Positions 12,763 through 30,105 of a stretch of DNA of 64,000 bases are shown here, piece after piece; the first letter of the stretch is position 1, and each line of letters starts with the position of its first letter. The DNA is taken from NCBI GenBank assembly GCA_964016885.1, contig OZ024747.1:62062001-62126000 (forward strand), read 5' to 3'. Source of the DNA: Eledone cirrhosa. Lineage: Eukaryota. Both the position numbers and the translations under genes were made by a program. A model generated the notes under the pieces. It searched no databases. It saw only the letters and a program-made list of their open reading frames with translations, and was not told where the DNA came from.

Positions 12763-14648
12763 CAATTATATACATATACATATATATATACATATACATA
12801 TATATATACATATATATATACACATATAAATATATATATACATATATATATATATAATATACATATACATATATATATACATATACATATATATATATAT
12901 ATACATATATACATATATATATACATATTATATATATATATACATATACATATATATATATATATTACATATATACATATACATATACATATATATATAC
13001 ACACATATATATATACATATATATACATATATATTATACATATATATATACATATATATATACTTATATAAATACTTATATATATACATATATTATATAC
13101 TTATATATATACTTATATATATACATATATACATATATTATACATATATATATATACATATATATATACATATATATATTATATATATATATATATACAT
13201 ATATATTATATATATATATACAAATATATTATATATATATACATATATATATATATATACATATATGTATATATATAATATATATATACATATATATATA
13301 TATATACATATATATGTATATATATAATATATATATATATATATTATATATATACATATATATATATATATCATATATATATATATATATATTATACATA
13401 TACATATATATACACACATATAATATATACACATAAATATACACACATATATATATACATATTATATACACACATATATATATGCATATATATACACACA
13501 TATATATATATACATATACACACATATATATATACATATACACACATATATATATATACATATATATATACATATATATACACATATATATATATACATA
13601 TATATACACATATATATATATATACATATATATACACACATATATATATATACATATATATACACATATATATATATACATATACATATATACTTATATA
13701 TACATATATATATATACATATATATACATATATATATATACATATATATACATATATATATATACATATATATACATATATATATATACATATATATACA
13801 TATATATATATACAATATATATACATATATATACACACATATATATACATATATATACACACATATATATACATATATATACACACATATAATACATATA
13901 TATACACACATATATATACATATAATATACACACATATATATATACATATATATACACACATATATATATACATATATATACACACATATATACATATAT
14001 ATACACACATATATATATATACATATATACACATATATATACACATATATATACACATATATATACACATATATATATATACATTTATATACACATATAT
14101 ATATATACATATATATACACATATATATATATACATATATATACACATATATATATATACATATATATAAACATATATATATATATACATATATATAAAC
14201 ATATATATATATATACATATATATACACATATATATATATATACATATATATACACATATATATATATATACATATATATACACATATATATATATATAC
14301 ATATATATAACATATATATATATACATATACACATATATATATATATATATATACATATACACATATATATATATACATATACACATATATATATATACA
14401 TATACACATATATATATACACATATATATATACATATATATATACACATATATATACACATATATATATACATATATATATACACATATATATATATGTA
14501 TATATATACATATATATATATACATATATGATCATAATCATCATCATCGTTTATATATACACATATATATATATATATATATATACATATACACATATAT
14601 ATATACACATATATATATGTATATATATATATACATATATACATATAT

Positions 14649-14804
14649 GATCATAATCATCATCATCGTTTAACGTCCATATTCCACGCTTGCATGGTTT
14701 TGGACGGGAGTTTTCCCACTTGAGGCAAGAGTGGTTGTCTTGCTCGCATAGGACTGTCTGGCGGGGTTTTCTACGGCTGGATGCCCTTCCTAACACCAAC
14801 CACA
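14649..14804 (-). mobile_element. RTE LINE 3' end (subfamily A)
   Basis: Matches 19368-19512; (CAT)n tail on the + strand. Confidence 0.9.
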
Positions 14805-14891
14805 TATATATATATATATATACATATATATACATATATATATATACACATACATATATATATATATACATATATATACATATATATATAT

Positions 14892-14934
<43 letters not shown>

Positions 14935-14961
14935 TATATACATACACATACAAATATATAA

Positions 14962-14997
<36 letters not shown>

Positions 14998-15293
14998 AAA
15001 TATATATATATATATATACATACATATATATATACAAATATATATATATATATATACATACATATATACATATATATATATACACATACATATACATATA
15101 TATACACATACATATATACATACATATATACATATATATACACATACATATATATACACATACATATATATATATATACACATATACACATACATATATA
15201 TATATACACACATATACACATACATATATATATATATACACAGATACATATATATATATATATATATACACACATACATATATATATATATAT

Positions 15294-15397
<104 letters not shown>

Positions 15398-15443
15398 ATA
15401 TATATATATATATATACACACATACATATATATATATATATAT

Positions 15444-15474
<31 letters not shown>

Positions 15475-15530
15475 CACACATACATATATATATATATAAT
15501 ATACACACATACATATATATATATATATAT

Positions 15531-15638
<108 letters not shown>

Positions 15639-15702
15639 ATATATATATATACACACATACATATATATATATATATACACACATACATATATATATATAT
15701 AT

Positions 15703-15736
<34 letters not shown>

Positions 15737-15889
15737 ACATACATATATATATATATATAGATACACATACATATATATATATATACACACATACATATAT
15801 ATATATATACACACATACATATATATATATATATACACACATACATATATATATATATATACACACATACATATATATATATATATAAT

Positions 15890-15923
<34 letters not shown>

Positions 15924-15953
15924 ATACACATACATATATATATATATATAGAT

Positions 15954-15994
<41 letters not shown>

Positions 15995-16014
15995 CAATAT
16001 ATATATATATAGAT

Positions 16015-16053
<39 letters not shown>

Positions 16054-16562
16054 CATACATATATACACATACATATATATATACACATATATATATATAT
16101 ATACACATACATATATATATATATATATACACATACATATATATATATACACATACATATATATATATATATATATACACATACATATATATATATACAC
16201 ATACATATATATATATACACATACATATATATATATACACATATATATATATATATATACACATACATATATATATATACACATATATATATATATATAT
16301 ACACATACATATATATATATATATACACATACATATATATATATATATACACATACATATATATATATATATACACATACATATATATATATATATACAC
16401 ATACATATATATATATATATACACATACATATATATATATATATACACATACATATATATATATATATACACATACATATATATATATATACACATACAT
16501 ATATATATATACACATACATATATATATATACACATACATATATATATATATATACACATAC

Positions 16563-16647
<85 letters not shown>

Positions 16648-16693
16648 CACATACATATAATATATATACATATATATATATATATACACATAC

Positions 16694-16794
<101 letters not shown>

Positions 16795-16931
16795 TATATA
16801 CACATACATATACACATACATATATATACACATACATATACACATACATATATATACACATACATATATATACATATATATATACACATACATATATATA
16901 CACATACATATATATATATACATATATATAT

Positions 16932-16963
<32 letters not shown>

Positions 16964-17355
16964 ACATACATACATATATATATATATACACATACATATA
17001 TATATATATATACACATACATATATATATACACATACATACATATATATATATACACATACATATATATATACACATACATACACATACATATATATATA
17101 CACATACATACATATATATATACACATACATACACATACATATATATATACACATACATACATATATATATACACATACATACATATATATATACACATA
17201 CATACATATACATACACATACATACATATACATATATATATATATACACACATACATATACATACACATACATACATATACATATATATATATATATATA
17301 TACACATACATATACATACACATACATACATATACATATATATATATATATATAT

Positions 17356-17394
<39 letters not shown>

Positions 17395-17395
17395 C

Positions 17396-17428
<33 letters not shown>

Positions 17429-17543
17429 CATACATATATATACATATATATATATATACATATATATATATACACATACATACATATATATACATATATA
17501 TATATATACATATATATATATACACATACATACATATATATAC

Positions 17544-17592
<49 letters not shown>

Positions 17593-17629
17593 CATACATA
17601 TATATACACATACATACATATATATATAT

Positions 17630-17661
<32 letters not shown>

Positions 17662-17801
17662 ACATACACACATATATACACATACATACATATATATATA
17701 TATATATACACATACATATATATATATATATATACACATACATATATATATATACATACATACATACATATATATATATACATACATACATATATATATA
17801 T

Positions 17802-18389
17802 ACGCTTACACCTCTCCAAGACAATGTCACTGGACCGAGACCTTTGGCGGTACTCAGTAATAGAGAAGACCCGCCTTACCTAAATACAAAGTAAAAACCT
17901 ACTACAGTCAGTAGGCACCTCTATCAAAACACACCCCCGTCCCACCACCTCCACCCCACCCACACCGCCCCTTTCAATGTAAAGTTATGTTGGTCCCACA
18001 ACATCCAGGCCGAAACAAATGAGATCGTGTAGGTGTCACGACAAAAAACACACAGTCCACGCTGTAAATGTGGCCGTGTAGGCAACACGGTAAAAACCTC
18101 CCAGCCCCACACTGTAAATGTGGTTGGTGTTAGGAAGGGCATCCAGCTGTAGAAAACCCGCCAGACAGTCAACGCTGTAATGTGGCCGTGTAGGCAACAC
18201 GGTAAAAACCTCCTAGCCCCACACTGTAAATGTGGTTGGTGTTAGGAAGGGCATCCAACTGTAGAAAACCCGCCAGACAGTCCTATGCGAGCAAGACAAC
18301 CACTCTTGCCTCAAGTGGGAAAACCCCCGTCCAAACCCATGCAAGCGTGGAACACGGACGCTAAACCTGATGATGATGATGATGATGAT
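17802..18389 (+). mobile_element. RTE LINE 3' fragment (subfamily A) with an internal tandem duplication
   Basis: Encodes [19 protein letters not shown]; reverse complement of 19368-19830; (GAT)7 tail. Confidence 0.92.
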
Positions 18390-18685
18390 ACATACATACA
18401 TACATATACATACATACATACATATATATATATACATACATACATATATATATATATACATACATACATATATATATATATACATACATACATATATATA
18501 TATATACATACATACATATATATATATATACACACACATACATACATATATAGATATATACACACACATACATACATATATAGATATATACACACACATA
18601 CATACATATATAGATATATATATACACATACATACATATATAGATATATATATACACATACATACATATATAGATATATATATAC

Positions 18686-18718
<33 letters not shown>

Positions 18719-18719
18719 C

Positions 18720-18752
<33 letters not shown>

Positions 18753-18753
18753 C

Positions 18754-18822
<69 letters not shown>

Positions 18823-18823
18823 C

Positions 18824-18894
<71 letters not shown>

Positions 18895-18895
18895 C

Positions 18896-18928
<33 letters not shown>

Positions 18929-18929
18929 C

Positions 18930-18960
<31 letters not shown>

Positions 18961-18961
18961 C

Positions 18962-19037
<76 letters not shown>

Positions 19038-19065
19038 ACATACATACATATATATATATATATAC

Positions 19066-19124
<59 letters not shown>

Positions 19125-19219
19125 CATACATATATATATATATACACATACATACATATATATATATATACACATACATACATATATATATATATACACA
19201 TACATACATATATATATAC

Positions 19220-19354
<135 letters not shown>

Positions 19355-19367
19355 CATACATACATAT

Positions 19368-21060
19368 ATCATCAACGTTTAACGTCCGTGTTCCATGCTT
19401 GCATGGGTTTGCACGGGGGTAGTCCCACTTGAGGCAAGACTGATTGTCTTGCTCGCATAGGACTCTCTGGCAGGTTTTCTACAGTTGGATGCCCTTCCTA
19501 ACACCAACCACATTTACAGTGTGGGTCTGGGAGGTTTTTACCGTGTTGCCTACACGGCCACATTACAGCGTGGACTGTGTGTTTTTTTGTCGTGACACCT
19601 ACACGATCTCATTTGTTTCGGCCTGGATGGTGTGGCACCAACATAACTTTACATAGAACGGGGTGGCGTGGATGGGGTGGGGGTGGTGGTGGTGGGACGG
19701 GTATTTTGTTAGAGATGCCTACTGGCTGTAGTAGGTTTTGCTATGTATTTAGGTAAGGCGGGTCTTCTCTGTTACTGAGTACCGCCAAAGGTCTCGGTCC
19801 AGTGACATTGTCTTGGAGAGGTGTAAGCGTGTGAGGTCGGAATTTATCAGCTCGTCCCAGGTTTTTCTAGGTCTGCCTATTCCGTGGCTACCGTCTATCT
19901 TTATTGCCCTGCACTTTGTTATACAGCTATCGACTTTCATACGCATCACGTGTCCATACCAACGTAGCCTTCTCTCGAGTAAACAACATCTGATCCCTCT
20001 TATTTCTAATTTTTTCCTTAGTTCGTTTATGCTTTGCCGTTCACGTATATTACTGTTACACATCCAGCGGAGCATGCAAGCTTCGTTCCTCTCTAGTCTG
20101 CGTATATCCTCTGCACACAATGCCCAGGTCTCACTGCCATGCAACATTGCTGTTCGTATGCAGGCATCGTACAACCTGCCTTTCATTTTTAGGGAGAACC
20201 CTTTAGCAGCTAATAGTGGTATAAGCTCTCTGAACTTTTTCCAACCAGTTCTGACTCTAGCTACTGTACTTTCAGAGCACCCTCCCCCACTGCTGATTTT
20301 ATCACCCAGGTAACGGAAACTGTCCACTATTTCTATAGAACCCTCTGCGCAATTGAAAGAGCTAGTATTTTGTGGGCACTTGCTGCTACTTATTGCACCA
20401 GAGCACCGGCCACATGTAAAATCTATGTTCTTAGTTAGTTTACCTGTGATCCCACTACATCTTTTATGCACCCATACTTTGCATTTAGGACATAAAATGG
20501 AGTTTCTACCTACGCCTTTCCTACACACCGAGCACGACCATTTCCCAGAAGGGACCGCCGCCTTATTTTCTTTCCTACAAACTAGAACTTTAGTCTTAGC
20601 CAGGTTAATTTTAAGGCCTTTTGATTCTAGGCCGTGCTTCCATGTTTGGAATTTCTTCTCTAGCTCGGCCATTGATTCCGTTATGAGAGTCAGGTCGTCT
20701 GCGTATAGGAGTTCCCATGGGCAGCCGGTCTTGAACTCCTCTGTTATAGCCTGAAGGGCAATAATAAATAGTAGGGGGCTGAGAACAGAGCCCTGATGGA
20801 CGCCAACTTTTACGCTAAACTCTTCACTATATTCGTTAATTCTAACCTTGCTGACTGTTTCTTTATACATGGCTTGTATAGCTCTCACAAGCCATTCGTC
20901 AACGCCTAGTTTTCTAAGAGCCCACCAGATAATGGAGCGGGGACTCTGTCGAAGGCTTTCTCCAAGTCGACAAAAGCTAAGTAGAGGGGTTTACCTTTAG
21001 CTAGGTACTTCTCCTGTAGTTGTCGTACAATGAAAAGAGCATCTGTGGTACTTTTGCCTG
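19368..21060 (-). mobile_element. 5'-truncated RTE-clade LINE (subfamily A) with RT, PHD finger, 3'UTR and (GAT)n tail
   Basis: [65 protein letters not shown]. Confidence 0.95.
19749..21060 (-). pseudogene. RTE reverse transcriptase ORF, 5'-truncated, one 1-nt frameshift at about 20940
   Basis: The two supplied ORFs join if the G4 run at 20939-20942 is G5 ([30 protein letters not shown]); catalytic YADD is intact. Confidence 0.9.
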
Positions 21061-23208
21061 AATATATACACATACATATACACATATATATATATACATA
21101 TATATACATATATATATACACATACATATATATACATATATATATATACACATACATATATATATACACATACATATATATACACATACATATATATATA
21201 CACATATATATACACATACATATATATACACATATATATACACATACATATATATACACATATATATATACACATATATATATATATACACATATATATA
21301 TATATACACATACATATATACACATACATATATATACACATACATATATATACACATATATATATATATACACATATATATATATACACATATATATATA
21401 TACACATATATATATATATACACATATATATATATATATACACATATACATATATATACACATATATATATACACATATATATACATATATACACATATA
21501 TATATATACACATATATATATATACACATATATATATATACACATATATATATATACACATATATATATATACACATATATATATATACACATATATATA
21601 TATATACACATATATATATATACATATATACATATATACATATATACATATATACATATATATATATACATATATATATATATACATATACATATATATA
21701 TATACATATATATATATATACACACATATATATATATACACATATATATATATACATATATATATATACATATATATACACATATATATATATACATATA
21801 TATATATACACATATATATATATACATATATATATATACACATATATATATACACATATATATATATACACATATATATATATACACATATATATATATA
21901 CACATATATATATATACACATATATATATATACACTATATATATATATACATATATATAATATATACATATATATAATATATACACATATATATATATAT
22001 ACATATATATAATATATACACATATATATATATATATACACATACATATATATATATACACATACATATATATATATACACATACATATATATAATATAT
22101 ATATATACATATATATAATATATATATATATACATATATATATATACATATATATAATATATATATATATACATATATATATATACATATATATATATAC
22201 ATATATATACATACATATATATATACATACATACATATACATATATATATATACATACATATATATACATATATATACATATATATACATATATATATAC
22301 ATATATATACATATATATATATACATACATATATATATACATACATACATACATATATATATATACATATATATACATATATATATATACATATATATAT
22401 ATATACATATATATATATACATATATATATATATACATATATATACATACATATATATACATATATATATATACATATATATATATACATATATATATAT
22501 ACATATATATATACATATATACACACATATATATATATACACACATATATATATATATATATACATATATACATACATATATATATATATACATACATAC
22601 ATATATATATACATACATACATATATATATATATACATACATATATATATATATATACATATATACATACATATATATATATATACATACATATATATAT
22701 ATATACATACATATATATATATACATACATATATATATATATATATACATACATATATATATATACATACATATATATATATATATATACATACATACAT
22801 ACATATATATATATATACATACATATATATATATACATACATATATATATATATATATACATACATACATACATATATATATATATACATACATATATAT
22901 ATATATACATACATATACATACATATATATATATATACATACATATATATATATATATACATACATATATATATATATACATACATATATATATATATAC
23001 ATACATATATATATATATACATACATATATATATATATACATACATATATATATATACATACATATATATATATATACATACATATATATATATACATAC
23101 ATATATATATATATACATACATATATACATACATATATATATATATACATATATATACATACATATATATATACATACATATATATATATATACATATAT
23201 ATACATAC

Positions 23209-23243
<35 letters not shown>

Positions 23244-23248
23244 CATAC

Positions 23249-23337
<89 letters not shown>

Positions 23338-23338
23338 C

Positions 23339-23507
<169 letters not shown>

Positions 23508-23756
23508 CATATATATATACATATATAATATATATACATATATATATATATATAAATATATATATATATACATATAAAATATTAAACAAATAATGAATAA
23601 ACAATTCCTTATATTAAACAAAAAAAGTTCATTATTTAACGATCGTTTCTAGGGTATATATGTGTTATAATTGGTATGCATATTCAACAGATCTATGTAC
23701 AAAATTACCGTAAACTCTTGGTAGATTTATCTACATATATATACATATATATATAA

Positions 23757-23805
<49 letters not shown>

Positions 23806-23868
23806 CATATATATATATACATATATATACATATATATATATACATATATATATATACATATATATAC

Positions 23869-24130
<262 letters not shown>

Positions 24131-24155
24131 CATACATATATATATATATACATAC

Positions 24156-24234
<79 letters not shown>

Positions 24235-24235
24235 C

Positions 24236-24412
<177 letters not shown>

Positions 24413-24461
24413 CATATATATATACATATATATATATATACATATACATATATATATATAC

Positions 24462-24528
<67 letters not shown>

Positions 24529-24647
24529 CACATATATATATATACACATATATATATATACATATATATATACACATATATATATATACATATATATACA
24601 TATATATATATTCACATATATATATATATACATATATATATATTCAC

Positions 24648-24694
<47 letters not shown>

Positions 24695-24961
24695 TATACA
24701 TATATATATATACACATATATATATATACATATATATACACATATATATATATACATATATATACACATAAACATACATATACACATACATATACATATA
24801 CACATACATATACATATATATACACATATATATATACATATATATATACACATATATATATACATATATATATACACATATATATATACATATATATACA
24901 CATATATATATATACATATATATACACATATATATATATACATATATATACACATATATAT

Positions 24962-25763
24962 ATCATCATCATCATCATCATCATCAACGTTTAACGTCCG
25001 TGTTCCACGCTTGCATGGGTTTGGACGGGGGTAGTCCCACTTGAGGCAAGAGTGATTGTCTTGCTCGCATAGGACTGTCTGGCAGGTTTTCTACAGTTGG
25101 ATGCCCTTCCTAACACCAACCACATTTACAGTGTGGGTCTGGAGGTTTTTACCGTGTTGCCTACACGGCCACATTACAGCGTGGACTGTGTGTTTTTTTT
25201 GTCGTGACACCTACACGATCTCATTTGTTTCGGCCTCGATGGCGCGGCACCAACATAACTTTACATAGAACGGGGTGGTGTGGATCGGGTGGGGGTGGGG
25301 GTGGTGGGACGGGGTGTATTTTGTTAGAGATGCCTACTGGCTGGAGTAGGTTTTACTATATATTTAGGTAAGGCGGGGTCTTCTCTGTTACTGAGTACCG
25401 CCAAAGGTCTCGGTCCAGTGACATTGTCTTGGAGAGGTGTAAGTGTGTGATGTCGGAGTTTATCAGCTCGTCCCAGGTTTTTCTAGGTCTGCCTATTCCG
25501 TGACTACCGTCTATCTTTATTGCCCTGCACTTTGTTATACAGCTATCGACTTTCATGCGCATCACGTGTCCATACCAACGTAGCCTTCTCTCGAGTAAAC
25601 AACATCTGATCCCTCTTATCTCTAATTTATTCCTTAGTTCGTTTATGCTTTGCGTTCACGTATATTACTGTTACACATCCAGCGGAGCATGCAAGCTTCG
25701 TTCCTCTCTAGTCTGCGTATATCCTCTGCACACAATGCCCAGGTCTCACTGCCATGCAGCATT
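24962..25763 (-). mobile_element. RTE LINE 3' fragment (subfamily A)
   Basis: Near-identical to 19368-20148. Confidence 0.93.
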
Positions 25764-25781
25764 ATATACATATATATACAC

Positions 25782-25816
<35 letters not shown>

Positions 25817-25882
25817 CACATATATATATATACACACGCATATATATATATATATACACATATATATTATATATATATACAC

Positions 25883-25917
<35 letters not shown>

Positions 25918-25967
25918 TATATATATACATATATATACTTACATATATATATATATATTTATATATA

Positions 25968-26902
25968 CCACAGGAAACAAGTACCACCAATCTCTGGGAG
26001 GGCCCTGTAGAAACAGTAGACAGCTTCTGCTACCTAGGTGACCGAATTAGCAACGTAGGTGGGTGCTCAGAAAGTACAATAACTAGGGTAAGAACGGGAT
26101 GGAAGAAGTTTAGGGAACTACTACCACTGCTAGCTGCAAAAGGCTTCTCCCTCAGAATGAAAGGCAGACTGTATGATGCGTGTATCCGAACAGCGATGTT
26201 GCATGGTACTGAGACCTGGGCGCTGAAGGTGGAAGACTTACGTAGATTAGAGAGAAACGAGGCCTGCATGCTCCGATGGATGTGTAACAGTAATATACGT
26301 GAACAACAAAGCATAAAGGAATTGAGAGAGAGACTGAGCATAAGAGGAATCAAATGCTGCGTGCAGGAGAGGCGGTTACATTGGTATGGACATGTGATGC
26401 GTATGAAGGATGACAGCTGCATAAAAAGGTGCAGAGCACTAGAAGTTGATAGAAACCACGGAGTGGGGAGACCCAAGATGACTTGGGATGAGGTGATAAA
26501 AGCCGACCTTACCCAACTACACCTCTCAAAGTCAATGACACACGACCGTGACTTCTGGCGTCACGCAGTAATACAGGGTACCCGAGCTCCCATGGGTACA
26601 TGCTGAAGCATATAAACAATATGCCCCCACTCCCCCCACCGCAAGGTGGTCGTGGAGGTGCCACGGCAAAAAAGCACCCAGCCCACACTGTAAAGTGGAC
26701 GTGTAGGCGCCACGAAAAAGCACCCAGCACTCACTGTAAATGAGGTTGGTGTTAGGAAGGGCATCCAGCTGTAGAAATCAAGCCAGATCAGTTCCTGTAT
26801 GAGCAAGGCATGGTCAGCCAACCAGACACTGCACACAACAGGACAACCCGTCTAACCCATGCTAGCGTGGAAGAACGGACGTAAAACGGTGATGATGATG
26901 AT
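25968..26902 (+). mobile_element. RTE LINE 3' fragment (subfamily B), ORF open to stop at 26606
   Basis: [44 protein letters not shown]; its 3'UTR differs from subfamily A; (GAT)n tail. Confidence 0.93.
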
Positions 26903-26908
26903 ACTTAC

Positions 26909-26977
<69 letters not shown>

Positions 26978-26988
26978 TATACACACAC

Positions 26989-27023
<35 letters not shown>

Positions 27024-27074
27024 CCAAATAGATCTATGACAAATGAATTCTACCATTCAACATTCAGTCCATCC

Positions 27075-27075
<1 letters not shown>

Positions 27076-27162
<87 letters not shown>
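27076..27162. repeat. (GA)n microsatellite
   Basis: Seen directly. Confidence 0.95.
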
Positions 27163-27165
<3 letters not shown>

Positions 27166-28125
27166 TCTATAGTCATCAATATATTTAAATATATAATATA
27201 CAACCACATTCTCTCACTCGACTCTGACTTCAAGACACATAGCTTGATTTATTTTGCCAAATATTCCAAAAATATAATTCAAAAGAGAGGAACCACCAAC
27301 AGCAACAACACTATCACCACCACTACCACCAACAACAATACCATTACCAATAACAACATCACTACCACCACCAACAATACCACTACCAATAACAACATCA
27401 CTACCAATTCTATTATCACCACCAGCAACATTACCAACAACATTTTCAAATTCAAAGAGGAAAAAAAAAATTTAAATCTAAGGACACACACACAGACACA
27501 CACTCGCACACAAATAACAGCTGTCCCCATCCACACAATACACACACTACATAAATAATATTTTAGTTTATGTTATGGCAATGAAGAAAGAACAGCAAGC
27601 AAGATAGGTTTTACTTCTGAGACTGACAAATAATAGAATGGAAGATGGTAGAGTGCTTTTACTTATTTTTTAAAATATTTTTATTTTATTTTATTTAATC
27701 TTTTTTTTTTTACCATTATTTTTTTTTTAAATATTTATTTCTTTTATTTTATCTTATTTACCACCATTATTATTATTATTATTATTATTTATTTTCCTTA
27801 TTTTTTTCAAACACTAGCAATTCATATATTGGCTGCAAGTCAAACTGTATAAAATGTAATCAATGCACAGAGATAAGGAAATGAAGACATTTCTTGGGGT
27901 TTATAACTGCTTTTGTCATGACACACCAACTTAACTGATGATTTTTTTAAAAGTTAAGTTAAGGGAGGTTTAGGGGTTGAGGTGGGTGTGGATATATTTT
28001 GTTGTCAGTGGTGTTGTTGATGTTGTTGTTCTCACTGAACAAATTAACATGTCTCCACCATGTTAAGATGAGAAAATTAGATTTCAAGTGTTCTTATATG
28101 TGTATATATACATATATATATATAT

Positions 28126-28158
<33 letters not shown>

Positions 28159-28477
28159 TACATATAATGTGTATGTGTGTGTGTGTAAAAAGTAAACACA
28201 AATAACAAAACAAACGGCACAGTACATAGAAGGAATGTACATACACATACATACATTATATATACACACATATATACATTATATATATACACTCACATAT
28301 ATTATATATATACACACATACATTATATATATATGACTAACTACAGTGACATTGAAGAGTTTAATTTTCATTTATGTTAAACACTTACGCAGAACTTCAA
28401 GGTAAATAATAAACAAACAACACTGACATTTCAAAACCTCATCTCTCTCTCACACACACACGTCCATATATATATAT

Positions 28478-28781
28478 ATCATCATCATCATCATCAACGT
28501 TTAACGTCCGTGTTCCACGCTTGCATGGGTTTGGACGGGGGTAGTCCCACTTGAGGCAAGAGTGATTGTCTTGCTCGCATAGGACTGTCTGGCAGGTTTT
28601 CTACAGTTGGATGCCCTTCCTAACACCAACCACATTTACAGTGTGGGTCTGGGAGGTTTTTACCGTGTTGCCTACACGGCCACATTACAGCGTGGACTGT
28701 GTGTTTTTTTGTCGTGACACCTACACGATCTCATTTGTTTCGGCCTGGATGGCGCGGCACCAACATAACTTTACATAGAAC
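28478..28781 (-). mobile_element. RTE LINE 3'UTR fragment (subfamily A)
   Basis: Near-identical to 24975-25271; both ends abut (TA)n. Confidence 0.92.
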
Positions 28782-28849
28782 TTACTATATATATATATAT
28801 ACACAAACCTACACACACACACATATAAATATATATATATATATATATA

Positions 28850-29180
28850 TAAGGTTGTAACAAAAGTTCATAGCATTTTCCTATTGGTTGTGTTTAATCA
28901 CATGATTTAGTTGATGATGTGACAGAAACATATGACATATTTTCTGAAAGAGGAGATCTCAACACATTTTTCCATCTCAATATTGTGCAGATTATTTCCA
29001 CTGTTTTTACAATAAAATTGAAAATGGTGGGAAATGAGATGTATTTTAGTCATTTACGAAAAGGGGAAAATGCTGCACAATCATTTAAAAAGATATGCGC
29101 TGTTTATGGAGATGGTGCCATAGCTGACAGTGGTTTGGTAGGTTTAGAGGTGGAACATTTGACCTCGAAGACCATGCACT
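28850..29180 (+). mobile_element. Mariner transposon relic (left end plus HTH N-terminus of transposase)
   Basis: RKGENAAQSFKKICAVYGDGAIADS, then after a deletion/frameshift WFGRFRGGTFDLED; typical mariner N-terminus; starts at TA after (TA)n. Confidence 0.85.
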
Positions 29181-29223
29181 AGTCATTGCCCTTCAAATGC
29201 TGATACTAAGTGCAGGGTACAAG

Positions 29224-29657
29224 CAGTAGAGTAGCTAGAGGGTGGCGAGGGAGCAAGACAGTCCGCCCTGGGCAACACTTTTATGGGGGCGACACTTTTG
29301 GTTCTGCTGTAGGCTATAAGTGTTCTTTTAATACTGTAGCATAATATTATAATTGAACACTGACTAGTTAATATATATATATATATACATACATACAGGG
29401 CTTCCAAGAGAAATTTTGCAACACAATACAAAGATTTTTCTCAAAATGGATGTTGCATGGTTGCTGTGGGGCTTTCCCAGCTCTTGGGCCCCGGAACAAA
29501 GTATCAGCTGGGCACTCTTCCTATAGGCCCTATATATATATATATAGATATATAACTTTAAGAGTGAGTTACTGAGCAATATGTATTTTTTGTGGGGACC
29601 TGCAAGAAGCAATCTGAAGGGCTGCTCCAGGTGGCACGCACTCTAGCTATATCACTG
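29224..29657. mobile_element. hAT-type non-autonomous element
   Basis: Terminal inverted repeats cagtagagtagctagagggtg/cactctagctatatcactg; 8-bp target-site duplication ggtacaag/gatacaag. Confidence 0.75.
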
Positions 29658-29855
29658 GATACAAGTCCTGGTAGAAGGAGCAATATGAAATAAATTATTT
29701 TGCTGAAAGACAATACATTTTCAGTTCAGGAATCAAATACAGAACCTTATGATCACAAGTCTAACACCCTAACCACTAGGCCATGCAAAAGCTGCAGGAA
29801 TATGAAGATCAACAGTTAGTCCCTTTCAGTGGCTATAACAAACAGGTCCTCTTAC

Positions 29856-29983
29856 CAGACAGTATTTGCTGTTGTCAGCTTTCATATGAGATGAGGCTTT
29901 CTCAGGCTGATACATCAACAGCTTTCCAGACAGATTCACCAGAATACTCTCCGCATCTTTCAAAGGTTTCTGCAAACGGGATC
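29856..29983 (-). CDS. RIC1: RIC1 exon 12 (GSRLQKPLKDAESILVNLSGKLLMYQPEKASSHMKADNSKYCL)
   Basis: cttag acceptor, gtaaga donor, phase 1 to 0; human [21 protein letters not shown]. Confidence 0.92.
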
Positions 29984-30002
29984 CTAAGAAAAACAGTAAT
30001 AA

Positions 30003-30059
30003 AGTGAGTGAGTGAGTGAGTGAGAGTGGGTGAGAGAGAGAGAGAATGTGAGAGAGAGT

Positions 30060-30105
<46 letters not shown>

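Noticed and set aside
23575-23732. Unique island within the microsatellite as a micro-exon
   Set aside because: Exons 12 and 13 already join in phase and match RIC1; no clear splice-site pair.
27244-27558. T/N-rich ORF (similar one at 62086)
   Set aside because: Degenerate (ACC/AAC)n trinucleotide repeat.
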